In this document: positions 40,331 to 53,719 of the stretch, piece after piece
Layout: each line of letters starts with the position of its first letter
Numbering within the stretch: position 1 is the stretch's first letter
Program-made: the position numbers and the translations under genes
The notes under the pieces: generated by a model
The model's database searches: none
What the model was told of the DNA's origin: nothing
The model's input: only the letters and a program-made list of their open reading frames with translations
Assembly (NCBI RefSeq): GCF_006345805.1
Contig: NC_042999.1
Span: 158,968,001 to 159,032,000, forward strand
Source: Octopus sinensis
Taxonomy: Eukaryota
Reading direction: 5' to 3'
DNA: 64,000 nucleotides

Positions 40331-41289
40331 ATATATAGATAAGATTATGTAATTGAAAACATTTACAAGAAATTAAATCTTTCTTCAAATGTGTATTTCA
40401 TTTGTTTATACGTATGTAGTTAAGTATTTTGTGGTTGTAAAGTATAATTTGTAGTTCATCACGCCGTTTACTCATTTATGAAATACATAAATTCTTCATA
40501 ACTACAGTTCTTCACTCTAATAAAATAAAATCTGTATGGTTAAGGCTTTTGACAACATAATTAAGGGGAAGAATAATGATTTTATGATTGGTTTTTCTTT
40601 TCTCAGAACAATATAAAATAAATAAAAATTGTCATAATCACTGGATGTATAGCAGTAGACATTTATAGAAATATTTTCATATTATAATGATTATGAATTA
40701 CAAGTTGAATTCTGTTATTTTTTACTTTTGTTTTTGTTCATCTGCATCAAAGAATTTTTATAGGAGTAATCTCAAAGAATTAGCAATATAGTCAGATATG
40801 TTCAACTACTAGTGTAAAGAGAGAAATTGTTGTTGATAATAAACACTGATATTAAACATATATTTATATTATTATTCTAATGTGAACCAAGCGAAGCAAT
40901 AAGCATTCATTTCTGTAATTTTGAACATATGCGAATAGAGAACATTATATTGGTTCTAACAATTCAAACAACCCAATCGATAAACACGTACTGTTGCTTA
41001 ACCTTATCAATCATTAAAGATGAAAGAGAAATCAGATGAAATGTTAGCGTGAAACAGAGCACGTCTACTATATTTGTATTACCACAACGTAGGTATGTGT
41101 GCACAGGTCAGTACTTACAGCTGACCTATTTGAACTGAGCTAAAATAAATTAGAAACTCATAAAATGTGTCAGAGGTGTTTTATAAATCGAAATGTTTCA
41201 AAGGAAACATATTCGTTTCAATTCAGCGATCTACTCCGACTGTGACACGAGGAGGCCAAAGTGATGCATGATATTCTTTCCAGCTGTTG

Positions 41290-41480
41290 GCACAAGGCCA
41301 GCAATTCCGAAGAGGAGGATTACATCGACCCCAGTGCTTAACTGATACTTATTTTATCGATCCTAAATTGATGGAAAGCAAATTCGACCACGGGGGAATT
41401 TCAACTCAGAACGTAAAGTCGAACGAAATGCTGTTAAGCATTTTGTCCGCTATTCGAACAATTCTGCTCCTCGCCGCCTT
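41290..41480 (-). mobile_element. Degenerate SINE family 2
   Basis: gaatttcaactcagaacgtaaagtcgaacgaaatgc..ctcgccgcctt. Confidence 0.65.
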
Positions 41481-41571
41481 AAAAACCATGCATGATATTA
41501 ACTCCTGTGATTTCGAGCCAGCACTTGGCCTTGTAAACGATATACAAGAAATAGTATAAAAAAATGTCTTC

Positions 41572-41977
41572 GGCTGTGTGGTAAGTAGCTTGTCTACCAA
41601 CCGCATGGTTCCGGGTTCAGTCCCACTGCGTGGCACCTTGGGTAAGTGTCTTCTACTATAGCCTCGGGCCGACCAAAGCCTTGTGACTGGATTTGGTAGA
41701 CGGAAACTGAAAGAAGCCCGTCGTATATATGTATATATATATGTATGCGTGTGTGTGTTTGTGTGTCTGTGTTTGTCCCCTAGCATTGCTTGACAACCGA
41801 TGCTGGTGTGTTTATGTCCCCGTCACTTAGCGGTTCGGCAAAAGAGACCGATAGAATAAGTACTGGGCTTACAAAAGAATAAGTCCCGGGGTCGAGTTGC
41901 TCGGTTAAAGGCGGTGCTCCAGCATGGCCGCAGTCAAATGACTGAAACAAGTAAAAGAGTAAAAGAGAAAAGAGTAA
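41572..41977 (+). mobile_element. SINE family 1, near full length
   Basis: ggctgtgtggtaagtagc..ggttccgggttcagtcccactgcgtggcacc..gactgaaacaagtaaaagag. Confidence 0.9.
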
Positions 41978-42424
41978 ATAATACTCACCCGTCTTAATAA
42001 CACGGCAATTTATTAGGTAAGCCGCAGTAAATTCGATTTGAAAGATCGATCGTGTGCTCATCAATCGAAAGTCTTTGTTTATAGATCTATTCAATGGAGG
42101 CTGATTTGGAGCAGAATAATGACAACAGTAATATACATACTCATAGCTTTTGTGAAAATATATTTCTTCTATCTGATACATCAAAGTGTCTAGAGAATCG
42201 GATTTATTTAACTCTAATCCAGTAATATAAAAAATATGAATGTTTATTCGCTTATCTTGGAACAGCGTCGATATTTCTCAATCAATTTTATCACATGTAG
42301 CACAGGCGTCCAGATGCTTTCCGAAATAAGCTATTACAACAAAAATGAGTCCGGCACCCTTAATGAAATAACGCAAATATGAGTTAAGAATGAAATAGAA
42401 AAGACACTAACAGTTTGAATGTAA

Positions 42425-42455
<31 letters not shown>

Positions 42456-42496
42456 TGTGGTGGTGGGGGGTAGTGGTTGTTGTTGTTGTTGTGGTG

Positions 42497-42553
<57 letters not shown>

Positions 42554-42687
42554 AGGGAAAGATGTAGATGTAGTTGAGAAGAGAGAAGTGTTAAAGAGGT
42601 GCAGAAAAAACATTTCTACTTCAGTTTCTTTTAATCTCTTCAACTTCCCGTTCCACTGAAGTTTTCACGCATTCCTTTTTTACCCTG

Positions 42688-42727
<40 letters not shown>

Positions 42728-42741
42728 ATGTATAACTGATA

Positions 42742-43142
42742 ATCTTTTCTACGCTAGGCAGAAGGCCCGAAATTTGGGGCGAGGGAAGCAGTCGATTAGA
42801 TCGACCCCTGTACGCAGCTGGTACTTAATTTATCAACCACGAAAGAATGAAAGGCAAAGTCGACATCGGCGGAATTCGAACTCAGCACGTAAAGACAGAC
42901 GAAATACCTATTTCTTTACTACCCACAATGGGCAAAACACAGAGAAGACAAACAAGGACAGACAAGCGGATTAATTCGATTATATCGACCCCAGTGCGTA
43001 ACTGGTACTTAATTTATCGACCCCGAAAGGATGAAAGGCAAAGCCGACCTCGGCGGAATTTGAACTCAGAACGTAGCGGCAGACGAAATACTGCTAGGCA
43101 TTTTGCCCGGTGTGCTAACGTTTCTGCTGGCTCACCGCCTTA
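42742..43142 (-). mobile_element. SINE family 2 dimer (monomer A plus 5'-truncated monomer B)
   Basis: Junction on minus gtgggtagtaaagaaataggtatttcgtctg, matching 18290-18645. Confidence 0.85.
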
Positions 43143-43794
43143 GATGTATAACTGAATATTGACTAATCACTGTTTATATAAAATAATATGTCGTAATTAA
43201 TTTTGCAAAATTCTTCGTGGTTAAAGCAGTTACAAATATTTAGTCAGAACAAAACGTACAAAAAATGATATTCCAATTAATATATATGATTTACAAAGGC
43301 AAAAAGCGTAAGCTAAAAACAATAAAAGCAAAGTGGCTGAGCCGAAACAAGTAAAGATATCAGAAGAGAAAAGGAAATGGAAAAACAAAAGGAAGAAGAA
43401 GAAAATATATTAAAAGAAAGAACGAAAGAAAGAATGAATAAATGAATGAATGAACGGGGATAGGAAAAAGAAAGACAGAGATGAAGAGGTATAGGAATAA
43501 AGAGAAAGGCAGAAGAGACGAGAAACATCACAGTTAAATTTACATTAGTATGCTGTGAGAGATGTGCTATTAACAGAGAATATTTTTGTTAGAAAAAGGA
43601 AAGATGAATGTATGAGACATAAAACAGACGAGAAAAAAATGGACGAATCTGCAGTTGAACAATACACTATATGTAAAAGAGAAATACGTAAAACTAGAAT
43701 AGAAGTGGCAACCATTTTGATGTGGGAAGAACACACTGAATTAACTGCCACCTGACAATCTTACAACTCATAAATGCTTGTAACTTAATTCCTT

Positions 43795-44005
43795 TATCTT
43801 TTGTTTGTTTCAGTCATTAGACTGCGGCCATACTGCAGCACCGCCTTGGAGAATTTTTAGCGGAACGAATCTATACCAGTACTTATTTTTTTACGTCTGA
43901 TATTATTCATCTCTTTTACCGAACGGCTAAATTTACGGGGACATAAACTCACCAACACCGGTTGTCAAGTGGTAGTGGAGGACAAACACAAAGACAAAGA
44001 CACAG
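43795..44005 (-). mobile_element. SINE family 1, 3' half
   Basis: cagtcattagactgcggccatactgcagcaccgcc..caccggttgtcaag. Confidence 0.75.
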
Positions 44006-44734
44006 AGAGAGAGAGACACACACACATAGTCACACACCCACATACGCACATATGCACATGCATACACACATATATATATACGCACACACACATATGTATA
44101 TAATTGAAAACCAATCTGACATATATCACTTCTCTCGTTTCAGACATAAAATATTAATAGAGCTTATATTTTTGTTTTGATATTCCCCAAATTACTGCTG
44201 TAGTTTCATGAATATATTGCGGGCAAGTGAATTGTATCCCTACCATATAGATAATGACACTACACTATCATAATATTAGACATGAATATTATACTACATA
44301 TCAATGTCTAACATATTCTCTTCATAGTTTACTATTTCACTCTGAAATACCATTGAACATAAACATAAAGAGAATTACTAAATACTACTTAAATCATAAT
44401 AACTTTAGTCTCATGTATAATATTATGTGAAAAGCAGCTTCTAAATTCATCGAAAGCCGAATATATAATAGCCATATACATTACCTCAAACACTTTTTAT
44501 ATTATTTATTTTGCTTAGAGCTTAAATCAAATGTCAAATTGTTAGACCTTTACTAGATTATATTGATAGTTTAATTTCTCATCTGAATAAGCAATAGCGT
44601 TTCTTGACATTATTTTCCTTCAATAAACAGGAAATAATGGGAAAAAAGCATTATATGCGTATGTGTGTTTTTGTGTGCGGTGGCTTGCATACGCGCACGC
44701 CACACACACACACAAGTATATATATATATATATA

Positions 44735-44917
44735 TGAAAAAACAAGTAAAAAATAGAAAATGCTAAAATAATTTTATAGTGAACATTTCAGTACCGGTTT
44801 CGGTCATTTTGAGACCTTTTCAACTGTAACGATTAAATAATTAAATTTAGAAAAATTAGAAGAAAAGTTTTTATATAAAATTATTTTAGCATTTTCTATT
44901 TTTTACTTGTTTTTTCA
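44735..44917. mobile_element. 183-bp palindromic element with perfect 44-bp terminal inverted repeats, in (TA)n
   Basis: 44735-44778 is the exact reverse complement of 44874-44917. Confidence 0.9.
44785..44830 (-). ncRNA. Candidate minimal type I hammerhead ribozyme, U3-A8 core variant
   Basis: GUUACAG UUGAAAA GGUC-ucaaaau-GACC GAAA CCGG UA^CUGAAAU: core, 4-bp stem II, palindromic stem III, GUA site and stem I all present. Activity untested. Confidence 0.7.
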
Positions 44918-44950
44918 TATATATCAACTCGTGTGTTCCTTTTCACCCTT

Positions 44951-45001
<51 letters not shown>

Positions 45002-45774
45002 CATACACACACACATTCAAAAGCGCATCATTTCTAGTGAACGAGTATTACAGATGGTTGATTTTGATGTTCGGATCTACTTAATTGCAGAATAACCTTA
45101 TAAGTGTTCGAAAGACAATCTTATAATATGTTTATGATGACCTAGTTTAGCAAAGAACATCAGATTGATTGCTTTTGTGGAAATTGTTTAGGCTCTTTAT
45201 GCCCCGAATTCAAATCCCACCAACAGTAACTAGCATTTCATTCGTTTGGATTCAATAAATTAAGTACTTTTACTAAAGTTTAAACTCTTGATTCTTACGT
45301 CTGTCTGAATTTCTTTCTTAAAGTCGCATTTCAGAAAGAATACGCTTTTACTTAAGGGTGTTCTTACATGACGACAGAAAACCAAAATTATTTTACCAGC
45401 ATCGAAATGTGGATACTGATGGTTACGTGATACATACTGATAAACATGACTCAAGCGAAACGGAATTGTCTACGGGAAGCACTAATGATGAAATCTCGTG
45501 TTTTACATACACCTCCCAAACTGCAAATCCTCTTAGCAATTCTATTGAACAAATACCCAACTCATGTTTGAACAAATAAAGTGATTGTTATAGCTGATTA
45601 AAGTGAGGAATATCTATGGTTGCCATTAGTGAATTGACATCAATTGACGAACTGAAAAAAATCTTTCCCAAAATTTTACTTTACAACTCCAATTAAAATT
45701 GCTTTCAATGCTTCTATACACTTATATGCGTGTATGAGCGTATGTCTGTCTGTATGGATGGATGTTTGTATTCT

Positions 45775-46187
45775 ACTCTTTATGCTCTTTTACTTGTTTC
45801 AGTCATTTGACTGGAGCCATGCTGGAGCACCGCCTTTAGTCGAGCAAATCGAGCCCGGGACTTATTCTTTGTAAACCCAGTACTTATTCTATCGGTCTCT
45901 TTTTGCCGAAACGCTAAGTGACGGGAGCGTAAACACACCAGCATCGGTTGTCAAGCAATGCTAGTGAGACAAACACAGACACACAAACACACACACACAC
46001 ATGCATATATATATATACATATATACGACAGGCTTCTTTCAGTTTCCGTCAACCAAATCCACTCACAAGGCATTGGTCGGCCCGGGGTTATAGCAGAAGA
46101 CACTTGCCCAAGATGCCACGCCGTGGGACTGAACCCGGAACCATGTGGTTGGTTAGCAAGCTACTTACCACACAGCCACTCCTGCGC
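45775..46187 (-). mobile_element. SINE family 1, full length
   Basis: Same layout as other copies. Confidence 0.9.
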
Positions 46188-46530
46188 CTATTCTCTTTCT
46201 CTTTGTAATTTACAGTAAATTTTGACCGGACACCGACTTGGTATCAAGGTTGTGAAGGAAGATATCTTGATTTAACCTTCATCCTTTAAATCTTTATAGT
46301 CATAGATGACGTGATCCTTTCTAGCACATGAACTAAGTATGTGCATTCCCTCCTCAAAATTATAAGTTCGGCCTCCCTTTGCTCCAGATGACTTGACATG
46401 CATCATGTTGCTCCAATTATAAGGGATATGAAGCTGAAAGTGTATATTGGCTAAGTATGTATGTATGTATGTATGTATGTTTGTATGTATTATGTATGTC
46501 TGCATACATGTATGTATGTATGTATGCGTG

Positions 46531-46910
46531 GAGGCGCAATGGCCCAGTGGTTAGGGCAGCAGATTCGTGGTCGTAGGATCGCGGTTTCGATTCCCAGACC
46601 GGGCGTTGTGAGTGTTTATTGAGCGAAAACACCTAAAAAGCCCCACGAGGCTCCGGCAGGGATGGTGGTGATCCCTGCTGTACTCTTTCACCACAACTTT
46701 CTCTCACTCTTACTTCCTGTTTCTGTTGTACCTGTATTTCAAAGGGCCGGCCTTGTCACTCTCTTTGTCACGCTGAATATCCCCGAGAACTACGTTAAGG
46801 GTACACGTGTCTGTGGAGTGCTCAGCCATTTACATGTTAATTTCATGAGCAGGCTGTTCCGTTGATCGGATCAACCGGAACCCTCGTCGTCGTAACCGAG
46901 GAGTGCTTCC
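46531..46910 (+). mobile_element. tRNA-derived SINE family 3, full length, 15-bp TSD
   Basis: A box tggcccagtgg, B box gtttcgattcc; atgtatgtatgcgtg at 46516-46530 and 46911-46925. Confidence 0.9.
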
Positions 46911-47907
46911 ATGTATGTATGCGTGTGTGCGTGAGCGCGCGCGCGCGTATCTGACTGCCTCTGTGTATGTCAGTGTAGGTCTGTATCTGTGCATTTGTCT
47001 TTTTGAATATTCACAAAAGCCATTTTACTCCAGGTGATTGTTCTGCATTGATGAAGACAGATTACTGTTTACCACACGTCTCTGTCTTTATCGTTTTTGA
47101 TTTGAAGCATCAGCAAATATTTACACGATAATGAGATATTTTACTCATTATTCCGGTCGCCAAATGAAAGTCAAAACCTGGTGGAGCTGTTGATTAAATA
47201 AATCTGGTTAAGCAAACTAGCTCTACCGAATATGACTGCGAAAATGAACAAAATTCCTCCAGAAGACTATACAATATTTCTCAACAAACTAGAATCAAAG
47301 GGTGAGAGTACCTCACTAATTCATTATGAAGAAAAATTCATTAATTATTTTTCAAAGAGACGTGGGTGCTCCATATTTCTACAATGCACAAAATGTCAAA
47401 ATGCAAATTATGTCACACTAGTTTGAAGTAACAATACTGAATGGTGATATTTTTATCCCAAGAATCTCAATCATTTTAAGTTACACCCATAGAAAAGTCT
47501 GCAGTTTTCCCTCTGTATAAGGTTTTCTACATCCATCAACAAATGTGAGTATGGGGAGGGGTTAATTTAAAGTTTACTCGATTACAACTGAAGGTCGTCT
47601 GCTTTCTCCAATGCGAACTGCACATGCCTGCGTCACGTGACGGGTCAGGAAACCTCCTTTATGTATTTGTTCCATTAGCGAATACCAACATTTTTTTCTG
47701 TTTATAAACGCTTTATATAACGAAAGTATATTACTATGTGATGTGCATTAACCGTGGAGACTATTCTCCAACAATTTATATTGTGTGATACCGGAGCATG
47801 CACATCTATCTATGTGTGTGTGTGAGTGTGTGAGTGTGTGAGCGTGTGAGTGTGAACGTGTGTGTGTAGATAGATTGATATATAAATCGATATAGTTAGC
47901 TATTTAT

Positions 47908-47980
<73 letters not shown>

Positions 47981-48074
47981 CATATATATATATTTATATA
48001 TATATATATATATATAATATATATATATATACATACATACATGCATACATACATACATACATATATATATATAT

Positions 48075-48132
<58 letters not shown>

Positions 48133-48286
48133 TTACATATATGCATATAGATACGGAAAAATAGATTGATAAATACAATTGAGTGAGCAAACAAAAATAT
48201 GAGACACTGCCTTGAAGAACTTTTGGTCGAATGAATCGACCGCAGTGCTTTTTTATACTTTGATAAGCCTGGTATTTATTCTATCA

Positions 48287-49140
48287 GCAGTTGTCAAGCT
48301 GTGATGAGGGAGAAACACAGACACAAAGGACACACACATACACTTACATGTATACATATATATACGATTGATTTCTTTTAGTTTTTGTCTAGAAAATCCA
48401 CGAATTAGGGATCCACACAGACAGACAGATATTCTCATATGTATGTATGCCTGTATATATATATAAAGTTTCACTTTAAAAATTTCAGTATTAATACTGA
48501 AACTATTAAAGTGAAAGTATATGACATTACAATAGAGAGATGTTATTGTTCACTTTTGACGCGTAATACTGAAATAGTGTAAGAAACAAAAGATTGCTCT
48601 GCGCTCGCATTAGGCAAGAAGTTGAAAATGCTTTGGCCCATGATACTACATTGATCCTAAGTAAGACATGTGTAAAATTTGAATGTTAATAGACCAACAG
48701 CAGTTGTTAAGCAGTGAAGAGGAAGAAACAGACACAAGGATACACGCATACACTTACATATGTACATATATATATATATATATATATAATATATATATAT
48801 ATTATATATATATATATACGATTGATTTCTTTCAGTTTCTCTCTAGTAAATCCGCGCATTAAGGATTCACACATACAGACACACAGACACACGGACAGAG
48901 AGACAGACATTCTCATATGTATGTAGGCATGTATGCCTCTATATATGTATGAGATAATAGTTTCACTTTAAAAGGGATTGCTCTGAGTTCGCATTAGGCA
49001 AGAAGTTGAAAAGTTTTTTGACCCATGACACTACATGGACCTTAAGTAAGACATGTGTAAAATTGGAATGAAATCGGTTGCGTAGTTCTCGAGTTATAGG
49101 GATTCACACAGACATACAGACACACATTCTCATCTTTATG
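48287..49140. repeat. Old tandem duplication (~410-bp unit) of a SINE1-centre/Helitron-5'-end chimera
   Basis: cagcagttgt(c/t)aagc..acgattgatttcttt..gattgctctg..gcattaggcaagaagttgaaa..taagtaagacatgtgtaaaatt occurs twice. Confidence 0.75.
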
Positions 49141-49412
<272 letters not shown>

Positions 49413-49603
49413 TAATTAAATAATGAGGGTATAATGATATATAGTATTATTAAATAATATTAATTTAAACCAGTGTCCAGCATACGTAAAATGTCGGAGG
49501 ACTACAAATTATATTTAAATATTGGGTTGGCAACTAAGTTCTCGCCGTTTTTTAAGTTAAAACATTTTTAAAGGTTTAATAAAAAATAAAACTTATTAAA
49601 TGT

Positions 49604-49925
49604 GGGAGCGCAATGGCCCAGTGGTTAGGGCAACGGACTCGCAGTCGTTGTGGGTGTTTATTGAACGAAAACACTCACAAGGCCCAAGCAGGGGGTGGTG
49701 GTGATCCCTGCTGTACTCTTTCACCACAACTGTCTCTCACTCTTCTTCCTCTTTCTGTTGTACCTGTATTTCAAGGGGCCGGCCTTGTCACTCTCTGTGT
49801 CACGCTGAATATCCCCGAGAACTACGGTAAGGGTACACGTGTCTGTGGAATGCTCAGCCACTTGCACGTTAATTTCACGAGCAGGCTGTTCCGTTGATCG
49901 GATCAAATTGAACCCTCCTCGACGA
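49604..49925 (+). mobile_element. SINE family 3 copy with B box deleted
   Basis: Matches 46531-46910 but lacks ~32 bp between gtcgt and tgtg. Confidence 0.85.
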
Positions 49926-49942
49926 TGTATATGTATATATAT

Positions 49943-50023
<81 letters not shown>

Positions 50024-50320
50024 TGTGTGTGTATGTGTGTATGTATGTATCTTCAGAAATGTTGTAACTACATGTGGATTGTTGGCGATTTTTACTTATT
50101 TTTTTTTCCTCCTTTCCCTTTAGACTTATCTGTTTCCGACAAAGATCCTTGCTCGAAACGTTAATACCTCTCCCCTTTCACCGAGCGTGAAATTAATACG
50201 CTGCTTGTGCACGTCCTCATGTCTATTGCTTTCTTTTTTTCTTTTTTTAATTGTTTGTTTTTTGAGCTGACAATGTATGTATGTGTATGTGTGTATATAT
50301 ATATGCATGTTTGTATCATA

Positions 50321-51145
50321 TACAAGGTGCATTCCAGAGGTTTTGAGACTTGTTTTAAGAGAGGTATTTATAACTGACCTTTAGTACATTATTACTATAC
50401 ATCTAATAGGTGCTGACCTGCCAAACCTTCTCTTTCCAGATTGAAGGAGACAGTTGTGACAGTAAATTGAACACAATCTACAAAACACTGTGCATTTGAC
50501 TAGCTTGTAGAATGCAGTCGGGCGTGAAGACAATTTGGAGGCTCGCCATGCAAGAAAATTTTGTGTGAAACTGAGCAAAAACATTACAGAAATTATGAAA
50601 TGCACCACACAGCCTATAGATTATCTTGTATGAGCTGAGCATCTGTCTTTCGCCGGCACAAGAGACCAGCAAGCAGGTCCACTGAGAAGCTAATAATGAT
50701 GCCCTTTTTCAACTGCAAGAGTATCGTCTATATCCACCGGGTTTGCTTTGGGCAGACGGTCAACAGACAGCAATTTATGAAAGATTTGAGAGAGTTCGCG
50801 AAGAGAATTCATTCATCGCAAATGGCCAGAAGCCTTGCAACAGGACAATGCGCCAATCCACGGTTACATCCAGCAAGCCAGCTACTTGATACAAAATGGC
50901 ATCAAAACTGTTGTCACCTTTCATACAGTCCCGGCCTTACTTCCTGTGACATGTCGTTGTTCTCCAGGCTGAAGAAGATGAAGGAGACTGTGACAAGGAT
51001 CTTGGACATCTTCCTTTTGAAGTGGCCGGAGCGCTACACCAAATGCATTAAAGTCAGAAGATCTTATTTTGAAGAAAATTACAGTCGCGAACTTTGAAAT
51101 TAATGTCTCACGTGAAAAAGTCTCATAACTAGAATGCAACTTGTG
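50321..51145 (+). mobile_element. mariner element, internally deleted, with imperfect ~30-bp TIRs
   Basis: KFCVKLSK..; FFNCKSIVY..GQTVN..SYSPGLTSCDMSLFSRLK; ends tacaaggtgcattcc..gagactt and aagtctcataactagaatgcaacttgtg. Confidence 0.8.
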
Positions 51146-52129
51146 TATGTATATATGGATGTATCTTTTCTTGATACATTTTATATACTTAGAAAAACTA
51201 TTAATATTTTATAGAATATGAATTCCATGCGTGCGTGTATGACTAAGTATTAGTACGTCTCTGTACTTTTCTGCGTATGTTCATTCACGCGCGTGTGCTC
51301 TTGAGCAATTTCTGTACGTCAATGTTGTTTTGTCTAGTTCAGTTACTTTACAGAGATGGAGACTGATTTCATACGCTTCTGTATATATGTTTTTGATTTT
51401 TATATCATCTGCAAATATTTTTCCGATCAGAGATAATTTGCTGGTGGTTTCAGGTACAGAAGTGAAATCAACGGAAGACCGAAATGAAATCAATGGAAGA
51501 CTACAAAGCGCTGTAATTCGATTTCCTGTTCGTAGAAGCAGAACAAAATTATTTAAATAAGAGTATGTTAATTTTCTTGAAGCATTGCAATATATGTAAA
51601 TAAAATAAATGTTTACAAAAGCTTTTGATCAATGCATAATGTGCTGTTAGCGACAGGCCATTCTAGTATTGTGAACTGCCAATGACAATATATTTCACCG
51701 AAATATTTGTTCATTTTCGTTCTGCTTTTTGAAAATGAAGTTCTCCCGAAAAAGAGATTTACTAAACTATCTATGTAAGGTGCAGGCCAGAGGTTAATGA
51801 GACCGGTGAATGATAAGTTAAGTCCCGAACAAACAGGACTCCGCCCAGATTAGAACTGCACAAATCATATAGCCACCTTGCGTATCGTCATTGAGCAACT
51901 GATTCAGTAGCAGAGCCCTCTTTTCACCGCCTTCGTTGATTTCTAGAATACTTTCGTCAGCGTGGATATGATGCAACATTATAGTAGTCCACCGAAAATC
52001 ATTAGCATCATCCAATAGCTTTATAACGGTGCTACTACCCATTCATCCACCATAGCAAACTAGCAGGCCCCTTCGTAATTCACACTGATATAAAGCAAGG
52101 TCACTTTCTGTAACCAATGATATTTTAGG

Positions 52130-52925
52130 TAGAAAGCAAGTGGATCATGAATGAGACAGGAAGTGACACTGGGATCATGTGGACAGCTGTGAAGGCTCTG
52201 TTATCCAGATGATATAAGGACGGCTCTCAAATAACCACCAAGAGATGCAGACAACAGTCACAAATTTAACTGAAGAGGCAAGGAAAACAGGCCTCCGAGT
52301 GAACTAGAACAAAACAGAAGTTTTGAGCAAAAAGATCTGTCACCACGAACCAATTCAAATTGGCACCGAAGCCCTCCCGGAGACCGAAAACTTTGTGTAT
52401 CAGGGTAGCAGCATCTCAAAGATGGGTGAAATATGAGAGGATGTGAGGTCCAAGATTGTTAAGAACTGGTATGTTTTCAACCGTCTTCGAGCGATCTGGA
52501 ACTCAGGAGCTGTTCTTCTATATGTGTTCAGAAACATGGAGGGTCACCAAGGCCTAAAAGTGTGAGCTACAAATCTTCGTTTACAATTGTCTGCGCTACC
52601 TCCTCAAGATCTAGTGGCCAGACAAGGTTTCAGACAGAAGACTCTGGAATAGAACGAATCAGGAAATTCTGAAAGGAATTGGGACTGGATCGGTCACACT
52701 CTAAACAGACCTCCAAGAAGCATTACATGACCGGTGTTAGAGTAGCAATCTGAAGGAAAACAGAAAGTTAGATGGCCTAAGATGATCTGGAAAGGATGCT
52801 TGGAGGATGAAGCGAAAGCAAAGGGTCTCTGCTGGTCTGAAGTCAAGGAGATAGCCCAAGATCGCGTCCACTGGCATGAAGTAGTTGCGGCCCGATGTTC
52901 CTTACGGAGTAATGTGGACTAACTA
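52130..52925 (+). mobile_element. RTE-clade LINE, 5'-truncated and decayed
   Basis: EARKTGLRVN*NKTEVL; ENFVYQGSSIS; SETWRVTK; WDWIGHTL; EIAQDRVHWHEVVAARCS. Confidence 0.85.
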
Positions 52926-53719
52926 AAATACTTACGTAACGTAATACATTATCCTTCTATTTGTTTTCATTTATTGACATCACCGCACATATTTTGCTTA
53001 ACTCCTCACCTGCATTGTTGAAGGCGATTTGCAAATTTCTTTTAATCTTAGAAACTTTTTACCTCTATTAGAAAGTCCGCGTAAATATAAATCCTTGTTA
53101 CTGTAAGAGATATGTTGTATTTTAAGAATTAATCATTAATGTTTATCGATTCTCCTATACCTTCTAATCACTTTTATCAGTTCTTATTTTGGCTACGATC
53201 ACCTTGTTAATCTTACACCCAAGAAATATCATATTAGTCCAATTAAAAATTAGTGAACGTCGATCTAAAGAACCTTATGACATAATATATACAATATACA
53301 GAAATTTGTAAAATATACATAAAAATTCCAACTTATTTGTGGATTGATATGATAATGATATAAGATCACGAACGTATCATTATTGGGAGTCTAAATATTG
53401 AAATATCTTGCATAACATTTTCATTTTTTAAATTTTGATTTAACTTGAATTTATAAATATATTCTTAAAAGATTTCGGTTGCTTACAAACTCAAAATTAT
53501 TTCTTTAAACTATTTTACTTTTAGCTTTTATAATATAGTTTTGGATAATTTTTGATAGAATCTAATTTCATCTCCTTACATGAATGTGTTCGGTTTCTAA
53601 ATAATCAGTAACTGCTAATTCAGAAAAAAAAATATCATCCGTAATATGAAAGGAAAAATATTTATAATTTCCTTCATCTAACCGTTTCTAAATGCGCATT
53701 TCCACTTAAATAACAACAT

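Noticed and set aside
43545-43755. Overlapping ORFs on both strands, one with a signal-peptide-like start
   Set aside because: Purine/pyrimidine skew explains the composition; no convincing donor site.
46531-46605. tRNA gene calls for SINE heads
   Set aside because: Heads run into SINE bodies and lack intact cloverleaf pairing.
50135-50165. Hammerhead-like traces here, at ~10140-10175 and at ~39460-39490
   Set aside because: Cores are mutated or deleted (CCGACAA, CCGAUGA, missing core); at most dead PLE remnants.
51330-51560. Plus-strand ORF resembling a secreted precursor
   Set aside because: TTG start, no processing motifs, and it overlaps an equally plausible minus-strand frame.
51818-52042. 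74-aa ORF upstream of the RTE fragment
   Set aside because: Could not be assigned to any family.
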